Shown here: piece after piece, positions 37,809 through 50,209 of the stretch
Position numbering within the stretch: the stretch's first letter is position 1
Layout of the letters: each line of letters opens with the position of its first letter
Assembly (NCBI RefSeq): GCF_011386835.1
Contig: NC_088794.1
Coordinates: forward strand, 36,332,001-36,396,000
Direction: 5' to 3'
DNA length: 64,000 nt
Source: Chrysemys picta bellii
Taxonomy: Eukaryota
Made by a program: the position numbers and the translations under genes
Notes under the pieces: model-generated
What the model saw: only the letters and a program-made list of their open reading frames with translations
Databases searched by the model: none
Told to the model about the DNA's origin: nothing

Positions 37809-39459
37809 TGATCGGTATGTTTTCAGGACTTTCTATCTATGTTTCTGTGTGTGGGATTCCCCCACATCCTCTCTCCCTATATGTATTGTTGCACAATTAA
37901 AGTAATTCTCCACAGTGCAGCTGCCCAAAGGCTCCTATCCCTGAACCATGGATGAAGGGAGTGAATATGGGTTTGGGGAAGAAGCACACTTCCTTCTCTT
38001 GCAAATCATGAGGGCATTTTAGATTTGTATTGTTACTCTGCTTTGATTTTCCTTTGTATGAAATGTGTGTGCATTTACAATAAAACTCCCCTGCTGATGG
38101 CATGATGGCACTGCCAAGTAGTTGGTGTATTTTGGAATCAGCCTTGGTATTCTGGCTTCTCAGCTTAGCAGACTGTGGGTTTGTCATAGAAGTGATGTAC
38201 TATTAGAGGGCTAGGACTGCCCTTTCACCCCTTCCTGGTGTGGGATCAGCATCTCTTGCACTTCTGGGTGAAGCAATGGTTCATGCATTGTAGGCTCCTG
38301 AATCTCAGGGTGCACTGCATTGTATCCTGGGTGCATTATAGTGTCCTCTGGCAGCCTGCATACCGGGTTCTTGGAACCATATCTTCTAGAGTCCTTATGC
38401 TTTGTTTGGTAGGCTGTGGTACCCTGTGCCCTGGGCACATCATGTTGAGCCGTCTGGGATTCTGTACCCAAGGTGAGTTCCACCAATTCCTCGGAGACCT
38501 TACCCCCTGAATGCGCTGGAACGATTATGTCCGTCACTGATACCAGGTTAATGTTTTGGGGTATTTTGAAAATTTAGCAATAAAAATAATTTTGAAGAGC
38601 AAGATTGCCTGATATTCAGTGGAGGTTTCTGGCTCTGTGGGTATCTTGGCCTTTATAAATCACGTTGTCAGTCCCCAGTGATGATTTTATACAGATTTAC
38701 TAAACTCGCAGATTCTGAGTGGGAGTATGTATAAAGAAATGCAAATTTAAAACTCCTCCTGGTTCTTCATTCTGCTAAAATATTTATAAATAAACTCTCC
38801 TCCGATCAGTGCCTGGCGCCTCTGCAGAGACTGCTAACAGCAGAATCAGTCTGCACCGGCTGCGATGATGGGTTTGGGAAGCAGACACCTGTCTGCTAGG
38901 AAGTAACTGAACTCCTCCTACCTCCAAACTCACTTTATAATACTACCTGACAGCTGCACTGTGGGCTTTGAGTTTCACTCCTTACCAAACCAGGTCATGT
39001 TCTATTCGCTGAGCCAGAGGTGAAAGGCTTTGTATATTCTTACTCATATCCTCCCTGAGCCATCCTGCCCCTACAAATGAGTAAAGCAGGTCAAAAAATT
39101 TTCAAACAAAAATGTTCATTTTTTGAAAACAGACCATTTTTCTAAAAAAAAAGGCTAACAAATTGTCAATATTTTTCATTTTGTGTGTGAATTTCTTACC
39201 TTTTTTCTATATTTTAATTGAAAACATTATCAAAATGGTAATCAGACCTATCCATTTACTGAAGATTTGGTTTTCAATAAAAATCTGGGGCAAAACGGCG
39301 GGGAGGGGAAATTGGAGTTTTTTAATAGAAAAATGACTTGGTTAACCCATTCAAACAAAAACAAAATGAAAATAGAGAATTTTTTTACAAAAATAGGCAT
39401 TTTTCAGCTGCATAAGGCCCTGATCCTGCACCATTAAAGTCAATGGGAGCTTTGGCATA

Positions 39460-39680
39460 GAGAGGAAGGATGGCTCAGTGGGTTACAGTACTAGCCCGGG
39501 ACTTGGCTTCAATTCCCTAGTCTTCCAGAGACTTCCTGTATTGCCTTGGGCAAGTCACTTAGTCTCTCTGTGCCTCAGTTTTCTATCTGTAAAATGGGGA
39601 TAACAGTACTTCTTTACTTCACAGGGGTGTTGTGAGGATAAATACATTAAAGATAAGGCACTCAGATACTAAGGTAATGT
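39460..39680 (+). mobile_element. MIR-like (CORE) SINE
   Basis: Core CCTTGGGCAAGTCACTTAGTCTCTCTGTGCCTCAGTTTTCTATCTGTAAAATGGGG. Confidence 0.7.
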
Positions 39681-39761
39681 AAATACCTGAGATAGATGAC
39701 ATGCTATTAATTTAGGGATTGATCTATCTAGTGTGCTTTTGCATACAAAGATTACTAGCTT

Positions 39762-40104
39762 GTTTAGAAGTCCTCCACTTTCCTTATAAAGGAAATATTT
39801 GATAATTGGTTCTTCAATCTACCAGAGAAAGATATAACAAAATCTAATGGCTGCAAGTTGAAGCTAGACAAATTGAGACTGGAAATAAGGTGTAAATTTT
39901 CACCAGTGAGGGTAATTAACCATTGGAACACCTTACCAAAGGTCATGGTGGATTCTCCATCACTTACAATTTTAAAATCAAGATTGGATGTTTTTTCTGA
40001 AAGTGATGTTCTAGGAATTGTTTGGGGGAAGTTCTCTGTTCTGAGTTATACAGGAGGTCAGGCTAGATGGTCACAATGCTCCCTTCTGGGCTGGGAATCT
40101 ATGA
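39762..40104 (+). mobile_element. CR1 LINE 3' fragment
   Basis: ORF 39858..40124 MKLDKLRLEIRCKFSPVRVINHWNTLP...LKSRLDVF matches the CR1 ORF2 C-terminus; ends CCCTTCT...AATCTATGA. Confidence 0.85.
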
Positions 40105-41372
40105 AAAGGTCCTGGTTCCAGTGAACTGATGGTGATGAACCAGGTATCAGACACTAGACCCTGTTCAGTGTGTCAGGGCTTTAGGTTCACCTTTGAACCA
40201 AGCTCATTTTATAGGGCTGTCTCTAAATTTTTGGCATTATTTAATGCAGCAAAGCACATGCGATAAAGGAGGAAAAACGCTTAAGTCATTCTGGAGTGAC
40301 TCACTCCTCATCCTGATCAAACACCAACGCTATTATTTTCATTTTTCCATAGGAAAAAGCAAACAGGTCTGATGTATGATATCTTGAGGACAGGGAATAA
40401 GAATGTGAAATGAATTTATTCAAGCGATAAAAGCTGCCGGTGGGGATGGACACAACGCAGAGCTATTCTTTATTGGCCACAATCTGTATTTTCATTATTT
40501 TGGGAGCTCTCAATTTGCTGTCTCCACTGCCTGCTGATGGCACACTTGTCTTTCCATTGTGTTAGCATCTTCCTCACTTAGCCATGTAAAAGGGATCTGT
40601 TTGTTTATTGCACTAGGGCTAGGATGTGAAATTCATTCTAAGGAGAGAGCTGGATTCCATGTTAGTTGTGGTCCATGGAGCAACGTATAAATGTAGGACT
40701 ACATGCTACCCCCAATCCACAGCAGATCTCCCACTCATGCCAATGGGAGATTTGCACAAAGATCAAGGGTAGAATATGGCTGGTACGTAGTAACAAAGTT
40801 TGAAGCTATTACTATTATTTATAATTTGTTCAGTACCTTAATGTCATATTCACCATCGCTCATTCGGAAAATATGGTCACCCACAGGAGCGCAACCATTT
40901 TTGCCCTTTTTACTCCTCCTCTCTCTGTTTTGCTCCTTCTCCCTTATCTTCTATCTCACTTCTTTTCTTACCAATGCAGTTTCCTTCCTTACAGCAATTC
41001 CCACTTCACACAGGGCTTCACACTCCCCATTCCATCTACTAAAATGATCAACAACAAAAGAGTTAATGTTGACATTTAAACTACCATCATTGGGCTGTAG
41101 CGCCAACATCCCATTAGGATTAACAGAGGGTGGGGCAGTTCACACCTTTGAGATTTAGGAAGATATCACTGCCTCTGTTTACACACCCTTCATTTTTGGA
41201 AACCATGAGAGCTAGGGTGAAAAAATGTTATTAAAGCATATATTTTGCAGAATTTGTATATGTCCTGTCATGCAGCCAGCAAAATATATCAAATGTGCAC
41301 ATGTCTGACGCTTCTACACTAGGGAGCTCACTTGGCTTGCCATGAAGGATGCTTGTATTCATTGCACTAGAG

Positions 41373-42470
41373 CAGTGGTCTCCAACCTTTTTACGCACAA
41401 AATCACTTTTTGAATGTAAGATCAACCCAGGATCTACCTCGCCCCTTCCCAGAGGCCCCGCCTCACTCACTCCATGCTCCCCTCCCTCCGTCGCTCACTC
41501 TCCCCCACCCTCACTCACTTTCACCCGGCGTGGGCAGGGGGTTGGGGTGCAGGATGGGGTGCAGGCTCTGGGCTGGGGCTGAGGGGTTCGGAGTGTGGGA
41601 GGGGGCTCCGGGCTGAGCCTGGGGCAGAGGGTTGGGGTGCAGGAGTGAGGGGTGCAAGATCTGGGCGGGAGTTTGGGTCCAGGCGTCATATGGTCACACT
41701 GCACCTAATCTCATAGAATCCACTGGACATTTCATGAGTTTTACTTTTTATTAGTGTTGTTTGTGGTTTATAGATCCAAAATCCTTCAGGGATTGTCACA
41801 AATCAATGTAACATTCTCAACTGTGGGGTGTGCATTTGCTGAGCCTGGGGCTAGGGGTTGAGGTGCAGGAGTGAGGGGTGCAAGCTGTGGGCAGGAGTCT
41901 GGTGCAGGAGGGGGTTTCGGGCTGGTGCAGGGGAATTGGGTGCAGGAGGGGGTGCGGCGTCTGGGAGGGAGCTCTGGGCTGGGGGTTGAGGTGCAGGAGG
42001 GGGTTTAAGGTGCAAGTTCCGGCTGTGAGGCACTTACCACAGGCGGCTCCCGATCGGCGGCGCAGTGGGTCTCATGCAGGCTGCCTGCCTGCCGTGACCC
42101 CATGTCGCTCCTGGAAGCGGCTGTCTGCTGGCACTTCTCTGCATGCGACCCCTGGGGGGAAGGGGCAGCCGGTCTCCGTGCGCTGCCCGCGCCTATAAGC
42201 GCTGCCCCCACAGTTCCCATTGGCTGGTTCCCCGCCAATGGGAGCTGCAGGGACGGTGCTGGGTGTGGGGGCAGCGCGTGAAACCACCTCACCCCTCCCT
42301 GCCTTCCCCCAGGGGGCTGCACGCAGAGACATGCCAGCAGACAGCTGCTTCTGGGAGCGGCATGTGGCCATGGCAGGCAGGCAGCCTGCCTGAGCCCGCT
42401 GCACCACTGGACTTTTAGCAGCTCGGAGATCGCGATCGATTGGCTGAGGCTCCAGGATCAGTGACCACTG
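41373..42470. mobile_element. hAT (Charlie-type) MITE, rearranged, with G-rich repeats
   Basis: Left end CAGTGGTCTCCAACC, right end GTGACCACTG; many GGGGTGCAGGAG units; interrupted by an AT-rich segment at 41685-41837; TSD poor (CACTAGAG/TTATAGAT). Confidence 0.7.
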
Positions 42471-45400
42471 TTATAGATGGTCTTCTAGTTAAGTCATTGG
42501 GAAAGTCACTTTAATTTCTCTCTGCCTCAGATCCCCATCTGCAAAGTGGGGGAATAATGATATTCCCTTTGTCTGTCTTGTTTGTTTAGACTGCAAGCTT
42601 TTCAGGGCAGGGACTGACTGTGTGTGTATGTACAGCACCTGGCACAGGAGGGTCCTGACCTTAGTCAGAATATCTCGGGCTTCCCTCTGCCTTCAGTTTA
42701 AGTTCTGTTTGTCCACGAAAACCCATATTTTAACGTGATACAACAGACTAATGCTTGGACATAAAGCTCTTTTTGAATATAGAAGGGGCCTGGTAAATGA
42801 ATTGGCCTATTAAAAGGGCCAATTTATGGCACATCGAGGTTTGAAACTTTGCCTCCTTTGTTGCCGGGGCACATTGGGAACTCTTGCACTAGCGCAAATT
42901 AGAGATGGGCCAAACCTGCAGCCCCCATCCCAAAATCCACAAACTTTGGGAGAGTTCAGATTTGCATCAGAACTTTGCAGCTCTGGCCTGTCACCGACGC
43001 TAAGGCAGTTGATGTGCTGAGCCACTGCCTCTCATTGGTTCCTTCTGTCTGTATCCTGCTGTTGTCTCGTGTCTTGTACCTAGACTGTAAGCTCTTAGGG
43101 AGGACCATCTTTTTGTTCTGTGTTTGTACAGTGCCTAGCCCGGGGGGTCCTGATCCTTGACTGGGGCTTCTAGGCGCTACTGCAGTACAAATAATCAGAA
43201 TAATTAATTATGATGGTGCATTTTTCTGTAAAGCTTTGGTATTGGGAAATCCCCTCCCCCTTCCCAAGGCCACCATTCAAGCATGAGGAAGCCTCCACTG
43301 GCTCTGTGAAGGTAGAGGTTGGTTTTATTGTTTTCGAGATGGCTTCTTGTGGCAAGTGCCTGCAGTGGAGAAAAGATATGGGGACAGAGCATTTTTACAG
43401 CCTTCATATAATGGCATTCCATTCGGGGAAACCCCTGTGAGAACAGTGAGAAGATCCCTGAGGGAAGAGCTGTTAAATGCCTTTGTCACTTAAATGCATT
43501 TAAACATTGTGTTTAAATGATGGCAGAAGGAGTGAAATTAACTCTCACTGTGGCTCAGCCTCCCCTACACTGCATCCTAAAAAGCCTACAGTCTTCTCCT
43601 TGTCAAAACCAATCGCCCTCCCATAACCCCTCCTGTCACTTTAATGCAGACGAAAAGCAAGAAAGCATTAATTAATTATCTTTAAAAAAAAACAAAACGG
43701 AAAATGTTGGCGTCAGCAAGCACACTTGTATGGTATCATAATAACAATTCAATGCAAATCAGAATAGTGATTGTTTTTGTAAAGCACTTTTCATACTTGG
43801 GGTATCCCAAAGTGCTTTACAATAATTATTTCAATATGGGTAGCGCTGCAGTTGCGTGGGCAAACAGCAGCCATTGTGCAATCAGTGAGAGCTCTCATAC
43901 AGCTTTGGACCTGTTTTTATGGCAAATGCAAAGTGCTATGGGATCTTTACCTTAAATTGGAATGGCCATCAGAGCAGACATCTGTTTAATGTCTCATCTG
44001 AAGGTCCTGTTACTGGAACATGAACTTGTGACCCCCTCTGACTGGGAAACTGAAGTGCTGTTGCCTGAGCCATATTGACACTTCTGCTTATCACAGCCAC
44101 ACAAGGACAACCTGACACAGAGAGACCAAAAGGACTGTAAAAGAAATAGGCATGAAAGAGACTTGAATGTATCTTAGCCACATCACCTGCCCTCCATCCA
44201 AAATCATTAATAGCTACCCCCTCCCTGGGGTGTATATTATGTACTGGTGGCATATATGCATCCTGTGGGGGTCTCTCCCTGTGAAATGGCAGCTGTTGCA
44301 ACAACATAAAGGAGACCTGTACAACAGCCCTTTAACAGGGCCTTCTATAAGTATACATGGTGATTGGCCACGTTAAATCCCTGGTGTGGAGCTCTGGGAG
44401 GGAAATAGGAAAGAGGGAAGGTGTACAAACTGGACTGTCTTTTTTATTCTGTGTTTGTACAGCTCTAGCACAGAGGGGTCCTGGATCAGTTCTGCAGCTT
44501 CTAGGCACTACTGTAATACTAACCGTAAAAATTAATGAATACATACTGCTGTCTTCTAGAGCATGGGTTCTCCTGGCTGAGACCCATGGTCTGGAACATG
44601 GTGGTGTGCGTGAATTAATTAATTCAAGGGGGCAGCTCGCAAATAGGTATCAGGATGTCATGACCCTGCCCTTACCAAAGGCTAAATGGGAGAGGATTTT
44701 TGGTAAAGGGGCCGTGGAAAAGGTTAAAAGCCACTACTGTTAAGTCCACATCACCGACTCCAACCTAACAGGAGGAACAAACATGATTCTCCTCCCTCTT
44801 TGAGCCCAAACACCTGAGCTCCAGTGATTGAAAAGCTCCTGGTGATAAGTGGAGGCAGACACACCTACTCTTCTCACTGTCACACAGGCATGGCTGCTGC
44901 TTCTGCTCTGTGGTGGTAAAAGGGAGGATGGGGAATCCAGTTGGAACCTTTTGTGTGATGGTGGTATTAGCTGGTTAGAAGCAGCAGGCTTAACCCTTTC
45001 TTTCTCAGTTCTAAAGAAGGTCATTCATCTCCCTTAGCTACCCTTCCACCCTCCCGACAACTGCATTTCTTTCTTGTCCTTGGATTCTAGGCAAACCCCT
45101 GTCACACTTAACAAACCCTCTCATACAGAGTCAGCCTGTGCTCTGCTGGGCTTTCCAGGGCGAGGAGCCATTGTTATATAACATACAAAAACCTCGGTTT
45201 CCTCTTTCTCTCTGTCAGTCTCCTTCTCTCTGTCTCCAAGCATCTGTCTGTCTGTCTCTCTCTCTCTTTGGCTTGCCAGTTCTCATTAGCTTGGAAATGA
45301 AGTGGAAAGTAATAAGGGCAGGACAGCTGTCTCCGTTCTTGCTGACCAGTTTAATGGGCCTCTGATTTCATCTTACAGACATTATGTGAGCTTCCTTCCA

Positions 45401-46631
45401 ACTCTCCCCTGCCTCTCACTGGTACACTGCTGAAGCCCGTGTGTGTGCACTGTACACTCATGCGCACACACAGACACCCACATACAAAGGTTCCTCGTGT
45501 GGTACAAACTCTTGGCATCTGCAAATGGTCTTTTCCTGCTAGGATGCTGCTGCAGACACACAGGCTTAGATTTGCTGTAGGGGTATATCTGAGCAGGGCT
45601 TGTTCTCTCTGTTGATTAGGGAGAAGAGTTCAGCAGGAGTTTCTTTTGGAAGAGTGACTTTTTCCTGTGCTCTGGAAAAATGTTGCCACCACAACACAGC
45701 CCCTGGAGCCTGCCTTCTGTAGGCAGACATCCCTAGTGTCAAACTTTGGTAACTGGCCAGTCCTCCACTGTATTTATCATTGTCTGTCCAGCACCACAGT
45801 CATAGCAACCACTGTCTCACCATTCCCTTGGATGTAGCATGTAGTGAAGGGTCCCTGACTGGCGTGGGAATGGGTTGCAGGACCCAAGGTCAGCAGAGGA
45901 GATTGGGGTCTGGAAGACTTGTGCTGGGGCACTAAATTATATTACCATAAACTCACTCCTCTTTGTCTTGATGAAGCTGTTATAATGAACATGTGGCCCA
46001 CCTGGAGTGCGCCTTGGTGGAAATCAAGCTGCACAAATCTCACTTTACTTACCTTTGTGAACATATCTCCTGTCTCAAAGAAAAAACAAATCCTATAAGA
46101 AAATAGGCTGGAGTTTGGAGTGGCAGCACCATCCTGTAGGCAGGCGTATGTCAATAGCAGGTTTTGACTGACTTCAATTGGATTATGCGCCTCTTAGCTT
46201 ATTTTTCAGAACACTTGCCTGTGAACCCTAGCGGAAGCTGGGTTCTACACCCTGCCTGTGGATCAGTCATTATGGCCTGTGCACCTCCCTACATTTCAGG
46301 AGATACATTATGGCCTCCCTGTGACTGTGTCTATATCTATTGAAAAAAATAAACTTTATACCAGTGCCTGGTGATTCCTGCTCCTTTGTTCTTGGTGCCC
46401 CGAGTGACAGGTCCGTTTGGAATGGGGCAGATGAACCAGCAGATGCTTTGTATGCAGTGTAAAACTCCCGTCATTTGGGTGCATTAAGATAATTGCACCA
46501 GGGCATCACAACTGAGATTCTTACTTCCGGACTCTAAGGAGGGTGACCTAAGCCCAGCTACGGGCAACCCTCATATTTGGTTGCTTTATGCAGTTTTCCT
46601 GTTTTTTGCTTTTTTGCTTTTTTTTTTGCTG

Positions 46632-46638
46632 TACTAAC
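46632..46638 (+). promoter_or_regulatory. Perfect-consensus branch point (TACTAAC) of the 32-nt exon
   Basis: TACTAAC with branch A at 46637, 25 nt before the acceptor AG, followed by an uninterrupted pyrimidine tract. Confidence 0.8.
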
Positions 46639-46662
46639 TCCTTGTTTTCTCTTTCTTTGTAG

Positions 46663-46694
46663 CTAGAACACATTCAGAAACACATATGGTATAT
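46663..46694 (+). CDS. BRSK2: BRSK2 coding exon (exon 9 equivalent), 32 bp, phase 0/2; end of kinase domain
   Basis: ctttgtag|CTA GAA CAC ATT CAG AAA CAC ATA TGG TAT AT|gtaagt; encodes LEHIQKHIWY(I). Confidence 0.97.
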
Positions 46695-48271
46695 GTAAGT
46701 AACATTTTTAAAAATCTTATTTACTGTCTTCAATATTGTTGCTGTTGCAGGGAGCTGGTAATCTAGAAATCTGTGAAATGGATAGACTTGGATGACATGA
46801 AAACAGCTTCCATACAGGCATGGGCCAGGAGGTGAAAGAAGGAACATCCAGTGAAGATGAAGTTTTAGCCTATGCAGTGAATACAGTCTCCTCTGTGTAG
46901 ATTCAGGCTAGGGACTCTCGTATACAGGAAAAACCTATGTGGCAATGGTTTGAAATAGGCCCTATTTAACTGTGTGCCACTTTCCATACCAACATATTGC
47001 TGTTTTTTTTCTGAATGTACTATGCCTGAGAGGGTAATTCCTGGGTGAACAGCAAGGGACTAGCAGACACACTTACCTGGATACCCAAGTAACTGCAGGG
47101 AATCCCTAGCAAAATCTTAGTAAAACCCTCTTGACAGGCAGACTTTCATGGGTTCCTCTCTGGCATTTGTGGCTTTTCTCCAAATAGGGGGAATAATGAG
47201 AAACATTATTAGAAAATAAGTTTTTGTAAACAATCACCTACTTCGTAGGCCTTCTTCCCCCTTCTTTACAGTAAATTAAGAGGCTGGCTCATGACCTCAT
47301 AACCTGCTGATGAGTGATAGTTCCATGGCTTGACTGACAGCAGCAGCCTCACGCCGTGGAAAAAGAAATCTATAAAAAAAGGCGATTCCCTTCTGATGAT
47401 TTGAGAGCATGGAAGACTGCTGGCTTTTTAAAGTGACCTTGCATTTTTGTGTAACTCTAACAGTCCTTCGTGAAACACTGATAAATAGGACTTTTGCTTT
47501 ATACTGATGATATCCCAGTAAGACTAAAAATAATCCTTTGCAAGTGATAAACAAGAAGGTGGTGCTTTGAAACACACCTCTGGGTGGTCAGCACATCTGG
47601 AAGTTCCCTGCGTGTATGCTGTAGAAAGCCTGGTCTCGATAGCCTTGCCACCACTGCTTACGAGATGTTTTGTAGGATGCTGTTGTTCCTGTCAGTCATT
47701 TTATTTTTTAAGCCTTTCATCTGGGGACAGCCTATTAATGATTTTTCCTATGATTTTATTGTATGGGCATTATTCATGCACTGGGCTCAGTTGACTTCCA
47801 TGGGAGTTGAGGATGTTCAGCAATCTGCAGGATCACATGTTTTGTTGCTAGCTGGCCTGAACTGATGTAGCACTGTGTCCGCAGCTTTTTCAAGCTCTCT
47901 GGAGTTGTCAGTTGACATGATGCTTTTTAATATCCAGGAAGATTTGGGGTTTTATAACAGAAGGGTTTTTGTTTGTTTGTTTTAAACCATCACTGATGAT
48001 CGTATGCCAAATTGAAAAAAGAATTTAGTGTTATTCTCCCACACTGTGCCCCCAAACCAAATCCCACCCCCTGAGATTCCAAACTAAAATGCTGCTTATG
48101 ATAGATTGTGCAGATGTTCATAATGTGATCATCCCACTTGTTTCTTGCATGCTCTGTATGGAATGACATTAGCTGATTGACATCCCTTTTCCTTCTTTCT
48201 TGCATGCTTGGATCTGAAATGAAATTCTTAGAAGTTAAATTAAATTTTTATGATCATTTATATTTTCGTAG

Positions 48272-48277
48272 TAAAGC
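48272..48277 (+). CDS. Candidate 6-nt BRSK2 microexon (unverified)
   Basis: tatattttcgtag|TAAAGC|gtaagt; in frame in the phase-2 intron and adds Lys-Ala. See findings. Confidence 0.35.
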
Positions 48278-49237
48278 GTAAGTGTTAACGCCCCAGTGAG
48301 ATTCAAACTGTTCATACCTCACGAAGCTATCGTTTCAGATTATCTGCGCACTCAGAAAGATAACACTGCATCACTTTAAACGAGGGTCACAGTTTCAAGA
48401 TTTTATTTTGCAGCCATAAAAGTTAGACTATTTTCTTTTTCAATGAGGGCCCAATTCTCCACTAACTTGCACCTAATGGAGTCATTCTCACCTGTGAAAA
48501 TGGAGCATAAAACTACCATTCTGATCGAGCAGTGTTTAATGTCCTCTTTGCACTCACTTTGCATGGTCTATCGATGCTAACAAGAAGAGAGTGGCTGTAG
48601 ACAGAATTGTGTGTAAAGACCACAAGCTTTGCGAAGCACTTTAGGCTTCTATCTATTTGATTTAATGCACATTACAATCCAATATAAAACCTTTATTCAC
48701 AGCCATGGATAGTTTAAGATGGCCGATGAGTGACTTGAAACTTGTACTCAGTGCTTGAGAAGTGGTTTCACTTAATTCTTTAAATGGATACTCATGGTCA
48801 TGTTAATCTATGAAAAACATTTACTTGTTGTTAAGAATAATCATGCACCTGCGTGCACGCACACACACACACATACACACACCCTGAAAGTTCCTGGAGC
48901 ACAAGTTCCTTCAAAAGAAAGTACTCACTCACCAAGCTGTCACATATTGGTCCAACTTGCCCCCTACTAATGTGATAGTCAACAGACTCAAGTGTTTCAG
49001 AGGGATTTTTTTTAAACTGAGATGTTTTCCAAAATGCAGCTAGATTTTGTGACAGAAGATTTTTGACCCAAGACATATCATGCTGAAAATCAGCAGATGA
49101 GCATCACTTCTTTTCACCTTTGCCAATAAACCAAATGGATGGATGAGATGAGCTATCATGGCACATCCAGAGTTATAATGGCACAACCAGAAGGTGCTAG
49201 GTTTACTAAAAAAAAAAAAGGGAAATTAATGGTACTA

Positions 49238-49411
49238 CACTGGACCCTCACTAGAATGTGCGTCTATATAGCGCAAATTTGTATATAATGCAGTCGCGGC
49301 CATGGATCCCAAATTTAATTACTTTAATTGCAATTCATTTTAACGCGGTCCCCACATTAACGCGGTACTGTGCATGGATCCCAAATGCCGTATTCTAGCG
49401 AGGGTCCAGTA
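49238..49411. mobile_element. Tc1/mariner (Tigger-like) MITE
   Basis: TIR CACTGGACCCTCACTAGAAT...ATTCTAGCGAGGGTCCAGTA with TA on both sides (49236-37, 49412-13). Confidence 0.85.
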
Positions 49412-50209
49412 TAATTCTGATATGATTAGCACCTGTGTAATTCCATTGAGTTTACACAGAAGTGAGATCTGAATCAGGTTCATTGTGTGTATCAGTGAGA
49501 TTCAGGTTAGAAAATTTGTGAGAAGGTTTGAAAAGCCTACCATGAGTTGGAATCATGTCCATTGCATGTACCATCACTCATAAGGGTGGAAGTATTTGTA
49601 AAGCAGCATTACTTTCAATTGACCTTTTAAAAAGTATGTGCGATTTATAGCAGTCATCCTGTGACATGGTTTGACATGCACGTGAGCTGAAATGCAACAA
49701 ATTTGTCATTTGCTTCGGACGGGGAGGAGAACAGACAATACGGTAATGCCAATCATAGCACAGAGCTGGTGATTTTCATTACCTGAAGCAGTGAAAGCCT
49801 TGCAGGTGATGTGCAGTTTCGTCACAGATTTTTCATTTACTTGATGAAGAAGTCTGAAAGTTTGTGAGTATATATACAGCCTGACTTTGTCTGATCATGA
49901 TCAGGTTCAGATCACAAGGAGAGGGCACTCCATGGTGCACAAAAGATAGCCACCAGTGCTCTGTAGGCATGGCTCATTGCCTGCCATAAACTCTAATGTA
50001 AATGAAGCTTTGCGATGGCGCGCTGCAACCGATTAGGGATACTGGCTGGAAATGCAAATTCTCAGGTGATTTTGGAAAATATTCATTTCTTTTTCATCCC
50101 TGTTAATTACACTGAGGTTATCTGCTGGTAATATAATGAACGTTTAACTGAGCCAATCCTGACAGTCAGGAACTTCAGGCAGATGAAACAAAAGCCACAG
50201 CTGCCTAAG

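Noticed and set aside
38211-38537. 108-aa minus-strand ORF with HP-x repeats
   Set aside because: The periodicity comes from a short degenerate DNA repeat (CTGGGTGCA...); no protein family recognised.
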